From: Sphyrna mokarran
Taxonomy: Eukaryota
DNA length: 64,000 nucleotides
Assembly: GCA_024679065.1 (NCBI GenBank)
Contig: JAGIQG010000048.1
Span: 310,001-374,000, forward strand
Direction of reading: 5' to 3'
The first letter of the stretch is position 1; the number at the start of each line of letters is the position of its first letter. The notes under the pieces are model-generated. The model was not told where the DNA came from, searched no databases, and worked only from the letters and a program-made list of their open reading frames with translations. Below, in pieces: positions 1-12,023 of the stretch. The translations under genes were made by a program, and so were the position numbers.

Positions 1-6
1 AAAACC
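1..6 (+). other. Possible tail of the 3' RSS nonamer of the last D segment (cut by window edge)
   Basis: Window starts AAAACC, matching the end of ACAAAAACC. It lies ~330 bp upstream of the J-RSS, the usual short D-J spacing of shark clusters. Only 6 nt visible. Confidence 0.3.
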
Positions 7-332
7 CCTCAGCACTGATTTGATTGAAGCTGGATCAGTGTCACTTTTAAATTCCAGCTTTAATCACAGGACAGTATTATTTATATCCAGCACAGACCAC
101 CTGAGAAAAATAAACATGGAAAATCTTGATAATTTCTCAATTATTAATTGGTGTTTTCGATAACACGTTCATGAATTACTCTGAAATATAAAACATTAGG
201 GTCATTTATAAATATCAAATGGTATCCAGAAATCCAAAATTATAATTTACTGAACATTAAATGACTTTGTTTTTCCTTGGGTTTGTGGATATTTAAAATA
301 ATGGTGCTTGCGTGTCTATTTAGTGCAGAGAC

Positions 333-371
333 GGTTATTGTATGACACAGCCCTGGGAATGTGACACTGTG
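333..371 (-). promoter_or_regulatory. 23-bp-spacer recombination signal sequence of JH
   Basis: Nonamer GGTTATTGT (333-341, one mismatch to GGTTTTTGT), 23-nt spacer (342-364), perfect heptamer CACTGTG (365-371) abutting the J coding end. Confidence 0.97.
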
Positions 372-419
372 ACTACTTCGATTACTGGGGACAAGGGACC
401 ATGGTGACGGTGACTTCAG
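372..419 (+). CDS. IGHJ: Ig heavy-chain joining (JH) segment, germline configuration
   Basis: Encodes YFDYWGQGTMVTVTS (WGxG motif); phase-1 donor G|GTAAGA at 419/420. Confidence 0.98.
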
Positions 420-736
420 GTAAGAACCATCACTTACTGAATAACTGGTTTAAATGTGTCTTTGTTTTATAATTTTTATCTGTACTAATAATCCATTTGG
501 TAACATAAATATGCGTTCGGTGGATTCTCCGTCGAGAATTTTTACAACGTTTTCTATGATTCTGCTGCAAAGGGGTTTTAGAATTCCGCTCTTCCTTGAC
601 AGTGGGTGCTGCTGAGGGCTTCAATCCCAAATTGTTGTGATTTTGTGTTTGTCTGTTGAGGTTACTGTGTGGCTGGGTGACTTTACAAGCCGAACATCTG
701 TTAAACAATTCAGCGTTTCTGCAATGTTTAATCTTG

Positions 737-752
737 GTGACATCTGGTGGCT
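737..752 (-). promoter_or_regulatory. Candidate CTCF site in 5' J-C intron
   Basis: Reverse complement AGCCACCAGATGTCAC, close to CTCF core CCASYAGRKGGCRS; includes E-box CATCTG. Confidence 0.55.
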
Positions 753-3166
753 ACGGGTTGTACAAGTGTTTGAAATTTAAACCTCAACTTAAAAACAAAA
801 TCTCATTTCTAAATTGATCCAGTGAAAATGTTCCCCTCTCTCTCAATGCTGTCCAATATTTCTGCTTATTGGAAACATTGATTAGTTTGGTGGGGGGCGA
901 ATTGGCTGGAATTTACAGTAAACATTTCTGTAAATGTTACATTTCTTTCTGCTGGAAGTGTTTGCAGAACTGTGCTGCTTCTGCATGAAGCGGGGTTCAG
1001 TCTCTCAGTGGTGAGTTTGTGCCTGAGTGACTTTAAAGACGTAAAAATTGTGACTTAATTTGGTGTTTCTGCGTCGTTTGAACTCAGTGAGACTGAATTG
1101 TGACACGTTTTGTGATTGAGTACAAACATACTGCTGTTTGCCACTGCTTGACGCAGAACTGCAGACAGAAATGAAGCAGGCTTTATTGTATGCCTAGTTT
1201 TAAAAATCTTTAGTGATAATGGCTTACACCACTCGTTCAGAACATAGTTTGTCACAGTTGGGGGTATCTGCAATGTTTAATCTCGGTGGCATTTGATGGC
1301 TGGAACTTATACCATCCAAATGTTTAAATATGTTTGAAATATGACCCAATAGGAATAAAATGTGATAAAATTTCCATACTAATTTGTTGGGTATATTCTC
1401 GCAATGCTATTGCTATTATTCCAGATTTCTGTTTGATTTAATAATTGTTTAAGAGCTGGTTTGCTAGATTCGATATTGAGATTTTTATTTTGCAATGTTA
1501 CATTTGATTGTGTTGAATAGATAATTGAGCTGCTTTTCTATGAGACGGATTCATTGTGTTTTGTTGTGTTTCTGTGGAGGAGATTCTGTGGGTGGGTCAC
1601 TGTGAATGTTTAAAATGTGTGAAATGGTTTAGTTTTGTGGCACTATTGCTGCTGCGTTGTTTAAATAGTGTTTTAACGGTGCCGTTGAGAGCTTAGATGT
1701 TTTCTGGTTGAACATAAACAATCTGAGTTTGAAAATCCCTGTCGGGAGAAAACAAGCAAGTTTGGGGGAAAAAACCTGGAAGATATCACAGCGTTTTTAT
1801 AAATTTTAACAAATTCAAGTAAATCCTGACTTATTCGCTCATTCGGAGACTAAATCGTTGCTGCAAATACCAACTTTTCATTAACAAGTTTAATAGTAAA
1901 ATTAATATAAATCAGAGAATCATTAATTGGTAATATAACTCCATATTCATCACAGATTATTTTACATTGAGTTAGCAAGAATCCTCTTTAATAGCTTTGC
2001 TGTGTTCATGCAATTAACATGATCAGAACATTTTCCAGACAGGAAATATTTTGGGACAATTCCAGAAGCTATTTGAATGATAACACGCTGTTTTCACAGC
2101 AGCGCTCAGTTGAACAAGATACTTTGCATTAATGGTTATATCCCAGATTAAATTCGCATTCACTGGAATACGAGTTTTGCAGAATAATTTCCTTTTTGGA
2201 AAATTTTGTATCCGATTATAATTTTTTCTATGCAATTGCAGCCAGATGATTCGTTCTCGGTATTTTTTTAATTAGATACCGAGATAATTAATTACTTATC
2301 TCATCTCAATTTGTGAATTGGTTTGGCGTCCCTCAATTGTTTTTGCATTGTATCAACTCACTGAGCACTTCGGACTAAATGAAAATAAAATTGCGTTTCA
2401 ATATTCTTGTAGGGGAAAAAGCAGAAAAGTATTGGAAAATAAATATGTTAGGGCATTTTATTCATGTTAACTGATGCTTACATATTAAACTAAAACATGA
2501 ATTACAATTCACTGTATCTCTGTTAGGGACATTACACTACCCTGAATCTATTATATTTGAAGTGCTCATTTTAGAGGAAAAAAATTGCCCAGTTTTTGGG
2601 ATTTGAGACAGTCGGGGAGAGAGTTAAAAGGCAAAGGGAATTTTAAAATGAACATTGAGTTAATTTAAAATGTTTATTGATTTTTTTCTTTGTTGCAATT
2701 TGACCTTTTGATCAGGTAGAATCAAACAGTTCATAAAAAATTGACAGACTGAACAGTTTTCTGACAGACGGAATTCGCTGACACAAGCAAATTTGTTACA
2801 TGATTGTGTTTGAATTGTAGTAAAATGTCAACAGAAACTGGCTACAGTGACAATTAAATGCTTGAAATTCAAGAAGATGATTTTATATAAAAATAGTATG
2901 ATATTATAAATACCATAAAAAATAATATTAGCTCTGCACTTAACAAGTCTCCCATTAATGCTAAACACAGAATAGAATTACAGGAAGAATAAATGACAGA
3001 ATGGAAGAATTCATACTAACTGAAGCTTATGTTTAATTCTTATTAAATATTATAATGAAAAAAGGTCCAGACTTATATTCTGCATCGTGTTTTTAGCATT
3101 AGAGGATTTGAATCAGTTGTTCTCTGTGTTTGCAATGTTTAATTCAGATCCTCTTTAATTAATGTG

Positions 3167-3251
3167 TTCCTAGATTTAATAATTTAGACCATCCATATAA
3201 CTTGAGTTATAACTGAACTATATGGATGGTCTAAATTATTAAATCTGGGAA
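3167..3251. repeat. ~85-bp near-perfect palindrome (MITE-like hairpin)
   Basis: TTCCTAGATTTAATAATTTAGACCATCCATATA ... TATATGGATGGTCTAAATTATTAAATCTGGGAA (33-bp arms, 1 mismatch) around a self-complementary AGTTATAACT centre. Confidence 0.9.
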
Positions 3252-4489
3252 GCAGTATTATTGATTTCAAGCGGCCAGACCGTTACAGTCTATATAAACT
3301 CAGTATGTGTTTTTAACACCTTTAAGACATATGTAGGAAAAGTGTAAATGTAATATTACAATGTGATTAGATTTAAGTAAATGTTTCTATTCAGTAATTT
3401 GAAATTATAGTTGAAAATTGAGATTTAATGTAACCTAATTATTTAACAATGTTGGGGGCAGAAGCAGGTTTTGAATGATTGAAAACTCATTTTATTACGG
3501 AGTACAAAACAGCTGGCAGGAAAACTAATTGACAATTAATGATAACTTAAAATGTAATATTGATGCTGATTAATTCAAAACAAAAGACCTTGAATATTGC
3601 ACTAGCGTGCAAAATATCATCAGTTTTAGAGAATATTTAATTGTACCAAAATGAATTCAAAAACAAACCATTTCTTTACTCGGCTGTGCTCGGCTTGATA
3701 AAGTGTTTTGCCTTGATTAATTTGTTGATTGGATCTAATTTCTTAATGTAATGTAAATGTTTCCCAGTTTGTTTAATTCTTACTGTGTTTGGGGACATTG
3801 AACTGAGTTGAATCTGTTATTTTGGCTCATTTTCAGCAAAATTACATTTTTACATGAAGTTTTTGAGAAGTGACACAGGCAGAGAGAAATAATTAAAGGT
3901 CGAGAGGAGTTCTGAAATGAATATCAGTTTAATTTAAAATAGGTTAATGATTTTCGGTTGATGTAAGTTGACTATTCATCAATTCGAATCCAACAGTTTG
4001 AATGGAATTTACAGATTGAAGAGATCTTTCTGAACCGTCGGTGTTTGTTCTGTTTCTCTGAGCTTGGGTGACTGTGTTGGGACCAGGAATGTGTCTGACT
4101 GGTTAAAAAATATTCTGGTTCCTTCTGCTGTATTTCAGGAAGTGAAATTCTATTTATTTCTTCAATAGACTTGTATTTGTGAGAAATGTGCCTGCTAGAC
4201 TCGGCAAGTCAGAAATTAGATCCCTGAAGCATATTGTGATCGTCAGAGGGGCAGAAACTTCAGATTGTAGAGGGAGAATTGGATGATTTTTAAGCAGTGA
4301 TGTACCAGCCTTGGGAATGTTCGATGACCAAGTTGAAAGTGAGATTTCCTATGTTGTGCTCTGTACTACAGCAGTCCCTGAACTGTTTAGGGATAGTTGA
4401 AGGGTCAAATTCATTTGTATCTTATTTTTAACCTTCTAAAGGCATTTTCGAGCCATTTGCTCGGCCAGAATTTTTAACCTTCCCTAATT

Positions 4490-4900
4490 TTTCCTTCACA
4501 AAGTGGGGCATCCTTGAATAACTGCAGTCCATATGTCGCAGGCATCCGCCCTGCTGTTAGACAGGAAGTTCCAGGATTTTGCCCCAGCGATTGTGAAGGA
4601 ACTGAGATCTTGTTCCAACTCAGGATGGTGTGTTTTGGAGGGGAGTTTGCAGGTAGTAGTGTTCATATGTAGCTGCTGCCCTGGTCCTATTGGGGTGTAA
4701 AGGCAGCGGGTTTAGACAGTGTATTGTATGGAGCCTTGGTGAGTTGCTGCAGTGCATGTTGTGTATAATACACCCTGCTTGTTAGTGATGGAGAGAGCAA
4801 ATAGGATGAATGAGGGCTGGGCGGGGAGCGGGTAAACTTGTGGGTGGCTTTACCCTGGATTGTGTCAAATTTCTTGAGGATTTTACAAGTTTATCCCCTT
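4490..4900 (-). mobile_element. Old LINE 3'-end remnant (relatives at ~27700-27930 and ~50230-50680 on +)
   Basis: Diverged reverse-complement similarity to the other two segments (e.g. GGAAGTTCCAGGATTTTG vs CAAATCCTAGAACTCCC); family not assigned. Confidence 0.45.
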
Positions 4901-5051
4901 GAGAAGAGAGGAATGTATTCAATCGTGACTGGTAAATGTTTTTCCAACTCTTGCCCCGCAATCCATACTGTGCTCGCTTGACAACCCCACTTACTGGGTG
5001 AGTGTGTGTGTAGTGACGGTGCTTTTCCAGACTGAATCAGCCAGATAGAGA

Positions 5052-6975
5052 TTTACACACTCTCCCACACGTAAATATCCACATATACACACTCATATTC
5101 TCTCACACATACATACTCACACTTGTTGTCTCTCTCACACACAACTATACACATTCTCTCTCTCTCTCGTTCTACACACACTCTCAAATCTGAATACATA
5201 CTTACACTCGCTTGCTCATTCACCGTCTTATGCTCAACACACAAAACGTACAAACAACCACACGCGTTCTGCCTTACACACAGACACTCTCTCACAAACA
5301 GTCCCTCACATTTTCGCTCTCTCTCTGTGTCCCACACTCTCTTATGTATGTTCAAGCTGTCTCTCATTTTTTTCACACACGCTCTTTCACAATTCCTCTT
5401 GCACACACATGTCTCTCTCTTTCACACACAAACACCCATGCATATAATTTATCTCTCTTGCACCCACTCTGTCACACATTCTTGCCCTCGCACACTGGCT
5501 CTCTTACAAACACTCTCTCTCAAACACACTCTAACACACCCTCTTAAACACAGACACTGTCTCTCACAGAAGCAGATGCGTGCACGCATTCTCCCTCTCT
5601 CTCTCACACACACACACACTATCTCTTTCACATTCCCCCTTCCGTATTCTCACTTCCTCTCTCTCTCATTCACATGCTCGCTCTCTCATACAAACACATA
5701 CATTCTCTCTCTCTCAAGATAGATTTCTTTCTTATGCTCACTCCCTTAAACATTATCTCACACATGCACAATCTTGCTCTCAAACACTGTCTCCCACAAA
5801 CAGCCTCTCTCTCACATGCACACACTCTCTCCGTCTCACACACGGACACAAATGTAAACACAAACACTCCACCTATCACAGACACATGTTCTCACAACAG
5901 TTACTTCACTCACACATCCACTCTGTTTAATTTTCACACTTTCTCTCTCACACACATTCTCCCTGCCTTTACACACACACACTGAAGAACAGAGACACTC
6001 TCTCACACATAAAGAATAACTCATTAAACACACTCTCTCTTTCTCACATATCACATTGTCACATATCCTGTCTCTCTTCTTGGACACACAGACCACTGTC
6101 TCCTACACACATTTACAAAAACACTCATATGTCTGACACTCACACATAAACCACACACAACCTCTCTCTCTCACACCTAATAAACATCTCTCTCTGCCTC
6201 ACACAATCGAACACATTGCACACATCCTTCTCACTCGGGTGCAATCCCTTGCACACTTTCAGACACTCATCAAACTATTATTTTGTTTCCCAATAGGTAC
6301 TCCCTGTCTCTCATGAACACGATGTAAAGATGCCGGCGTTGGATTGGGGTGGTAAGAACTCAGTAAGAATTTAGCAACACCAATTTTTAATCCAACCGAT
6401 TTATTTGATAGTAAATCCGCAAACACAAGAGTGTTGAAAGCTCGCGGATTTACTATAAAATAAATCAGTTGGATTAATAATTGGTGTTGCTAAATTCTTA
6501 CTGAGTTCTCATGCACACAACAGTCTCTTCAACACACACATACCCTTCCTCTCAAGCACACACACTCTGTTTCACAGACAGACTTTATCTCCTATAGACA
6601 CACTTCATTTCACATTAACACACACTCAATCACACACTGAAGAACTGTCTCTCTCAAACCCCCCACCGTGCACACTCTCCCCACCTCCTCACACACACAT
6701 GCACACTCTCCCCACCTCTACACACACACTCTCTCACACACACACTTTCAAGAAGGGACACCCTGACATAAACAACTGTTCAAACACATATTAATTCTCA
6801 CACACATTATCATCTCTCACACACTTGCTCTCATGTACACTCTCCCCTCTTGCACACACAGCCCACTGTCTCACGTGTGCCAATATGGTCTATCACACAC
6901 AGGCACTATAACACGCACATTATCTCTCTCTCACACACTTACACCCACACACCCTCTCTCACACTTTCCATCTCA
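5052..6975. repeat. Degenerate (CA)n/(CT)n low-complexity tract
   Basis: Continuous CA/CT dinucleotide-derived sequence; source of spurious H/T/L/S-rich ORFs. Confidence 0.92.
6321..6510. mobile_element. Penelope-like-element-derived inverted repeat with partial hammerhead motif
   Basis: Arms 6355-6420 and 6444-6509 are near-exact reverse complements. Starts GATGTAAAGATGCCGGCGTTGG like the copy at 9132. Loop has AACAC-AAGA-GTGTT-GAAA. Confidence 0.65.
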
Positions 6976-7003
6976 CATACGCCAGTGACAGTTTTTGATA
7001 ACA

Positions 7004-7285
7004 TAGAATAGAATCATAGGATCCTAGAGCAGAAGGGGGCCATTCAGCCCATCGATTCTGCACCAACAGCAATCCCACCGAAGCCCTATCCCCGTAACGT
7101 AAAGTATTTACAATTCCCTCTGACACCAAGGGGCAACTTAACGCGGTCAATCAACTAAACCCCGCACTGTGGGAGGAAACAGGAGCACCCGGAGGAAACC
7201 CAAACAGACACAGGGTGAACTTGCAAACTCCACACAGACAGTGACACAAGTCAGGATTTGAACTGTGAAGCAGCAGTGCTGTGCC
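7004..7285 (-). mobile_element. tRNA-derived V-SINE (HE1-like)
   Basis: Reverse complement of V-domain (GGAGTTTGCA...GGGTTTCCTCCGGGTGCTCC) and CR1-type (TTCTA)n-like tail. Confidence 0.8.
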
Positions 7286-7524
7286 TCCCCACCCCCTCCC
7301 GTAACATTTGAATGAAGTGGGATCGAGGAGCCTGATTAATATTCAAGTAGATAAGTTCCAGCGGGAAATTCTTCTGTTTGGAGTCATTCTTAGCACAAAG
7401 CAAGATGGTAATGGTTGTTGGAGGTCAAACATCTCAGCTGAGATATCACTGCAGGAGTTTGGCCAGGGACTGTTCTGGGACCAACAATCTTCTATCGCTT
7501 CATCAATGGGACATTCCATCCAAT

Positions 7525-7970
7525 ATTAGATTTACAAGGATGTTCCTGGATTGGGGGGCATGCCTTAGGTTGAGGGAGCTGGGTCTCTTCTCCCTGGAGA
7601 GACAAAGGTTGAGAGGCGACCTGATAGAGGTTTATAACATGTTGAGAGGAATAGATAGAGTGGATTCTCAGAGGCTATTTGCCAGGGCTGAAATGGTCAC
7701 TACGAGAGGACACAGGTTTAAGGTGCTGGGGGGCAAGTACAGAGGAGATGTTAGGGGTAAGTTTTTCACACGGAGGGCGGTGAGTGAATGGAATCGGCTG
7801 CCGTCAGTGGTGGTAGAGGCGAACTCGCTGGGGTCTTTTAAGAGACTTCTGGATGAGTACATGGGATTTAATGGGATTGGGAGTTAGATAGTTCTATGGC
7901 CTGGTAGGTATAGATGTGATCAGCACAACTTGTGGGCTGAAGGGCCTGTTTGTGCTGTAGTGTTCTATGT
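7525..7970 (+). mobile_element. CR1-clade LINE 3' fragment
   Basis: [19 protein letters not shown]...TRGHRFKV...WNRLP C-terminus of CR1 ORF2 plus TGTTCTATG tail. Confidence 0.93.
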
Positions 7971-8325
7971 AACATCATGCACCCTAACTCAAGATCCTCA
8001 ATCACTCATCCTCACTCAAACACCTTCCCTCACTCTCCCACTCTCCACTTTACACTCTCCCCACCCTCAATAACATATCCTGACTCATCCCTCACTTAGT
8101 CAGTCACGTTCATTCCCTCAGCCTCATTCACTCAGCCTCCTCCACTAACCTCCCTCCCTCATTCATTCATTCTTGCTCACCAACTCTCTCTCACCCACCT
8201 TCACTCACACATCCTGCCACCTCCACTCACCCACACTCTCAACACCCTCATTTACACTCGCACTCTCTCCCTCACCCACACTTACTCATCCTCAATCACT
8301 CATCCTCACTCAAACTACACTGCCC

Positions 8326-8850
8326 TGGGAGAGTAGAGAGCTGGAGGGAATCGCTGGGAGCTCGGGGGCCAGGGGGTAATAGCAAAGAGCCAGGCAAGGA
8401 CAGGGGCTGAGGGGAAGGGGAACAGAGAGCCGGGGGAAAGGCCACACAGCCGGAGGAAAGGGCAGAGAGTAAGGGGAAAGAGTAGAGAGACCAGGGAAAG
8501 GGGAGAGAACAAGGGGGAAAAATGGGGGCACGATAAAGGGGCAGGGAGGCAGAAGAAAAGCCAGAGAGCTGAGGGAAAGGGCAGGAGAGTCAGGGGGAGA
8601 AGGTCAGAGTTGGGGGGGGAAAGGAGACAGAGGGTCAGGAGCAAGGACAGAGAGCTGAGGGAAAGCATAGGGGACTGAGGGAAATGGCAGAGAGCCGGGG
8701 GAGAGGGCACAGGGCAGTAGGGAAGTGTAGAGAACCAGGTGGAAGTAAAGAAAGCCGGATGGGAGGAAAAAAGAGGCACCACGAGAGGCAGAGAGCCGGG
8801 GAAAATGGGCAGAGAGCGGGTGATGGATGGGCGGAGTGTGGGGGGGTTCA
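8326..8850 (+). repeat. Purine/G-rich imperfect tandem tract preceded by C-rich tract (7980-8325)
   Basis: Repeated GGGGAAAGGGCAGAGAG-like units with strong strand asymmetry. Confidence 0.9.
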
Positions 8851-9131
8851 AAATAGAGCAAATACCACAATCAGCTCATGTGTAATCTCAGTGAATGATG
8901 GAGGAGGCTTCAGGGCCTGAATGGCCAACTCTTGCTATTAACGTGTGATCCTTCAATGTTGCATTTATTTGAATCTCTAATCGTGTTTAGAATTTCCTGA
9001 TCATTCAGTAAGTATTCATTCCAAAGGTATTTTTGAAGCAAAGTCACTAATCTTTCTGTGGAGAGAGAGGCAGTGAGTTGGAGAGAGGGAGGGACATCAA
9101 TCAGTTTGAACACAGGCAATTTCCAAAACTA

Positions 9132-9240
9132 GTGTGGAGATGCCGGTGATAGGTTGGTGTGGACACAGTAAGGAATCTCCCAACACCGGGTTAAAGTTTA
9201 TTTGGAATCACGAGCTTTTGGGGCTCCTTCATCAGGTGAG
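9132..9240 (-). mobile_element. Penelope-like-element remnant with degenerate hammerhead core
   Basis: Minus strand reads CACCTGATGAAGGAGCCCCAAAAGCTCGTGATTCCAAATAAAC; homologous to the 6321 element. Confidence 0.65.
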
Positions 9241-9794
9241 TGGATGATCTGAATGAAGAGAACTTCTTCATCACAAAGTGCTGTTGTTTGAGAAACAAAT
9301 GGTTACAAATAATAGAGAGAATCTTTCCTGTTCTCTATTAATCCAATGAATGAGACGTCATTTAGAGACTATTGGAATGTTTATTTCCTTCTGAATTTGA
9401 TGGAGGCGGAGACAGGGATTTGAGTTCCTACAGAGATGACGATTCCCAAATGAAAGAAGTAACATAATCTCAAAGGTGGATGGAAGTTTCAATGGAGAAA
9501 TGTTGGGATAAGTTCAGAATGGAACATAGAACATTACAGTGCAGTACAGGCCCTTCGGCCCTCTAATTCCAATCAACGTTCGAGATAGAAGCAGGAGTAG
9601 GCCATTCGGCACTTTGAGCTTACGCTGCCATTCACAGAGCTCATCAATATCCTGATCATGCCTATTTCCCATATCCCTTCATCCCTTTCTCACCAAGAGC
9701 TATATCTACTATAGAAACCTACTTGTAACATGTTTGTTGACTGAATAAACACAAATAAGAGTCTAACTTGTTCAATTGGCTATTTTTTTCCTAG

Positions 9795-10094
9795 CAACAC
9801 CATCTTCACCCACTGTCTACGGCCTGATCTCCTCCTGCGGGCAACAGAGCTCCGACAGCTCCATCACCTACGGCTGTTTGGCGATGGATTACAATCCAGA
9901 TGTCTCCAAACTGACCTGGAAGAAAGATGGGCAGACCATCAACTCTGGGTTTAAGACTTTCCCATCAGTGAGAAACACTAAGGGAACCTACACCCTGAGC
10001 AGCCAGTTCACCATCAGTGACTCATCGGGAAAATGCCCCAATATTGGCTGTGAGGTTCGACATCTTGACTTTTCCAAGACCGTTCCAATGCCAT
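9795..10094 (+). CDS. IGHM: IgM heavy chain Cmu1 exon
   Basis: ttttcctag| acceptor; ATPSSPTVYGLISSC...YGCLAMDY...WKK...TYTLSSQ...CEV C1-set Ig domain; T|GTAAGT donor. Confidence 0.97.
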
Positions 10095-10306
10095 GTAAGT
10101 GTTGTGCAGCTTGTGTAAAAGAGAAACACTGTGGTTAACGTGTCGGGCTTTGGTTATAACTCATTTAAATAGATGTGCATAAACGGGCCCTCTGGATTGG
10201 TCCGGTTAGTGACTATTGACTGCAAATGAGTTAATAATACAGACAAAAGTTGAATTGATCCACATCTTCTGCCGGAAATGACTAATATGTTTTGTTTTTC
10301 CTGAAG

Positions 10307-10624
10307 GCCCTGGGCCGCCTCATATCCACCCAACTGTTATCCTCACTGTGAGTTCCGGTGAACAAATCTCAAGCAGCAAATTAGCAACCATGGTCTGTTC
10401 AATCTTCGATTTCCAGCCAGGATCAATGACGGTGAAGTGGCTGAAGAATGGACAACACGTGGATTCAGGGATTGTCACTGTTGCCCCCTGTGAAGTGAAC
10501 GGGAACTTCTCGGCCAGCAGTCAGTTGACAGTCTTCGCTGGGGAATGGTACAGCAAAGCGGTCTATACCTGCCAGGTCACTCATGACGGAGTCACCCAGA
10601 GTCAGAACATCAGCGCATCTCAGG
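10307..10624 (+). CDS. IGHM: IgM heavy chain Cmu2 exon
   Basis: [14 protein letters not shown]...VCSIFDFQP...WLKNG...YTCQVTH; phase-1 AG/GT boundaries in frame with neighbouring exons. Confidence 0.96.
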
Positions 10625-11469
10625 GTAAGAGACTCAGAAGACAAAATTTATCATTCCGATGTTAATTGGAATTAGGGATCTATTAAAGTCGATACAACAC
10701 GTAGAACAACTTCATGCCGTTTGCTGCATTAGGACAATGCCTCCTTCAGAGTTTAATTAGGAAAACAATTCCTTGTTATTCCTTCATGAGATGTGCATTT
10801 ACTCCCCAAACCCGGGGGCACTTAAATGTCAACCAGGTTGCTGTGAATATGGAGTCACATGCATGCCAGGCCAGATAAAAACAGCAGGTTTATTTTGCTA
10901 AGGAGCATTTGTGAACTTGGAGGGGTTTGACAGCAATGGCTTCATGATAACCATTTCCATTTTGAATTATAGATGTTTATAAAATTCAAATTTCACATTT
11001 GCACTGATGAGATTTGAATCTGTGCCCCCAAAGTCTTGCCCAAGGTTACAAGTTCATTGACAACACCATATATCACTGCCTCCCCTTGAAAGAGAGCCCC
11101 CTTCCGGTTTGAACTAATATAGTGAGCGAGGTGGCCTTGATGTCAGCTTCTCCTGAGACAGCTGGTAAGGTTTGGAGAGACAGTAGGGGTCAGACTGTTT
11201 CACAGCTCAGAGCACAGGGGTAAAATATTGGAAAGTTTATCCAATATTTTACCACCCTGTTTATAAACCAATGGTCGGTGTTTTTCCCCTGAGTTCAGGA
11301 TGGTGTATTTGTTTGGGAATTCTGCAATGCTGATTCATGGAAATGGTACCGCTGCTACAATATTTAATACAAGGAATCATTTCATAGAGCAAGCTGGTTT
11401 TCCATTCGCCATGGAAGTTGAAAGGCGATAGTTAGAGATCGATATATTGAAGGCAATCTCTCCTCGTAA

Positions 11470-11955
11470 GAACATAAGAAATAGGGTTGGACGGCCGACT
11501 CCTGCTCCTTCGGGCCTACCCCACCATTCAATAAGATCATGGCTGAACTGAAGTGGATCAGTTCCACTTTCTCCCCAGAACCCTCAATTCCCTTGTCTAT
11601 CAGAACCCCATCTACCCGTGAGTTAAATACATTCAGCGAGGGAGCCTCCACCACTTCAATGAGAATTCCAAAGATTCACCATCCTTTGAGTGAAGAAGTT
11701 CCTCCTCAACTCTGTTCTAAACAGCGGCCCCTCCTTATTTTGAGGCTGTGCCCTCTCTGGTTCTGGTTTCCTTTCTAAGTAGGAAGAATCTCTCTCCCTC
11801 TGCCCTATCCATCCCCTTCATTATCTTATGTCTCTATAAGATTCCACCCCCTCAACCTTCTGAACTCTAACAAGTACAGGCCCAGTCTATTCAATCTCTC
11901 CCCATAGGCTAACCCCCCCCTTCATCTCCGGTATCAGCCTGGTCAACTTTCTCCT
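11470..11955 (-). mobile_element. Older CR1 LINE 3' fragment
   Basis: Minus strand VEAPSLNVFNSRVD...DKGIEG plus TTCTTATGTTCT tail. Confidence 0.8.
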
Positions 11956-12023
11956 TCAGGATGAAGATTACTGTCCTGCTTCTGAAGAGGGAACTGGGGT
12001 TCATTTTCATTTCTCATTCACAG

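Noticed and set aside
5053-6096. Many H/T/L/S- or C/V-rich ORFs (also 14727-16552, 20423-24620)
   Set aside because: Translation artefacts of CA/CT repeats, the minisatellite and N gaps.
420-9794. Additional JH segments or a perfect octamer (ATGCAAAT) enhancer
   Set aside because: No second WGxG plus RSS and no perfect octamer noticed by eye; only CTGCAAAT variants.
11004-11030. CTGATGA as a hammerhead core
   Set aside because: No stem II plus GAAA follows; context looks like a decayed SINE B-box region.
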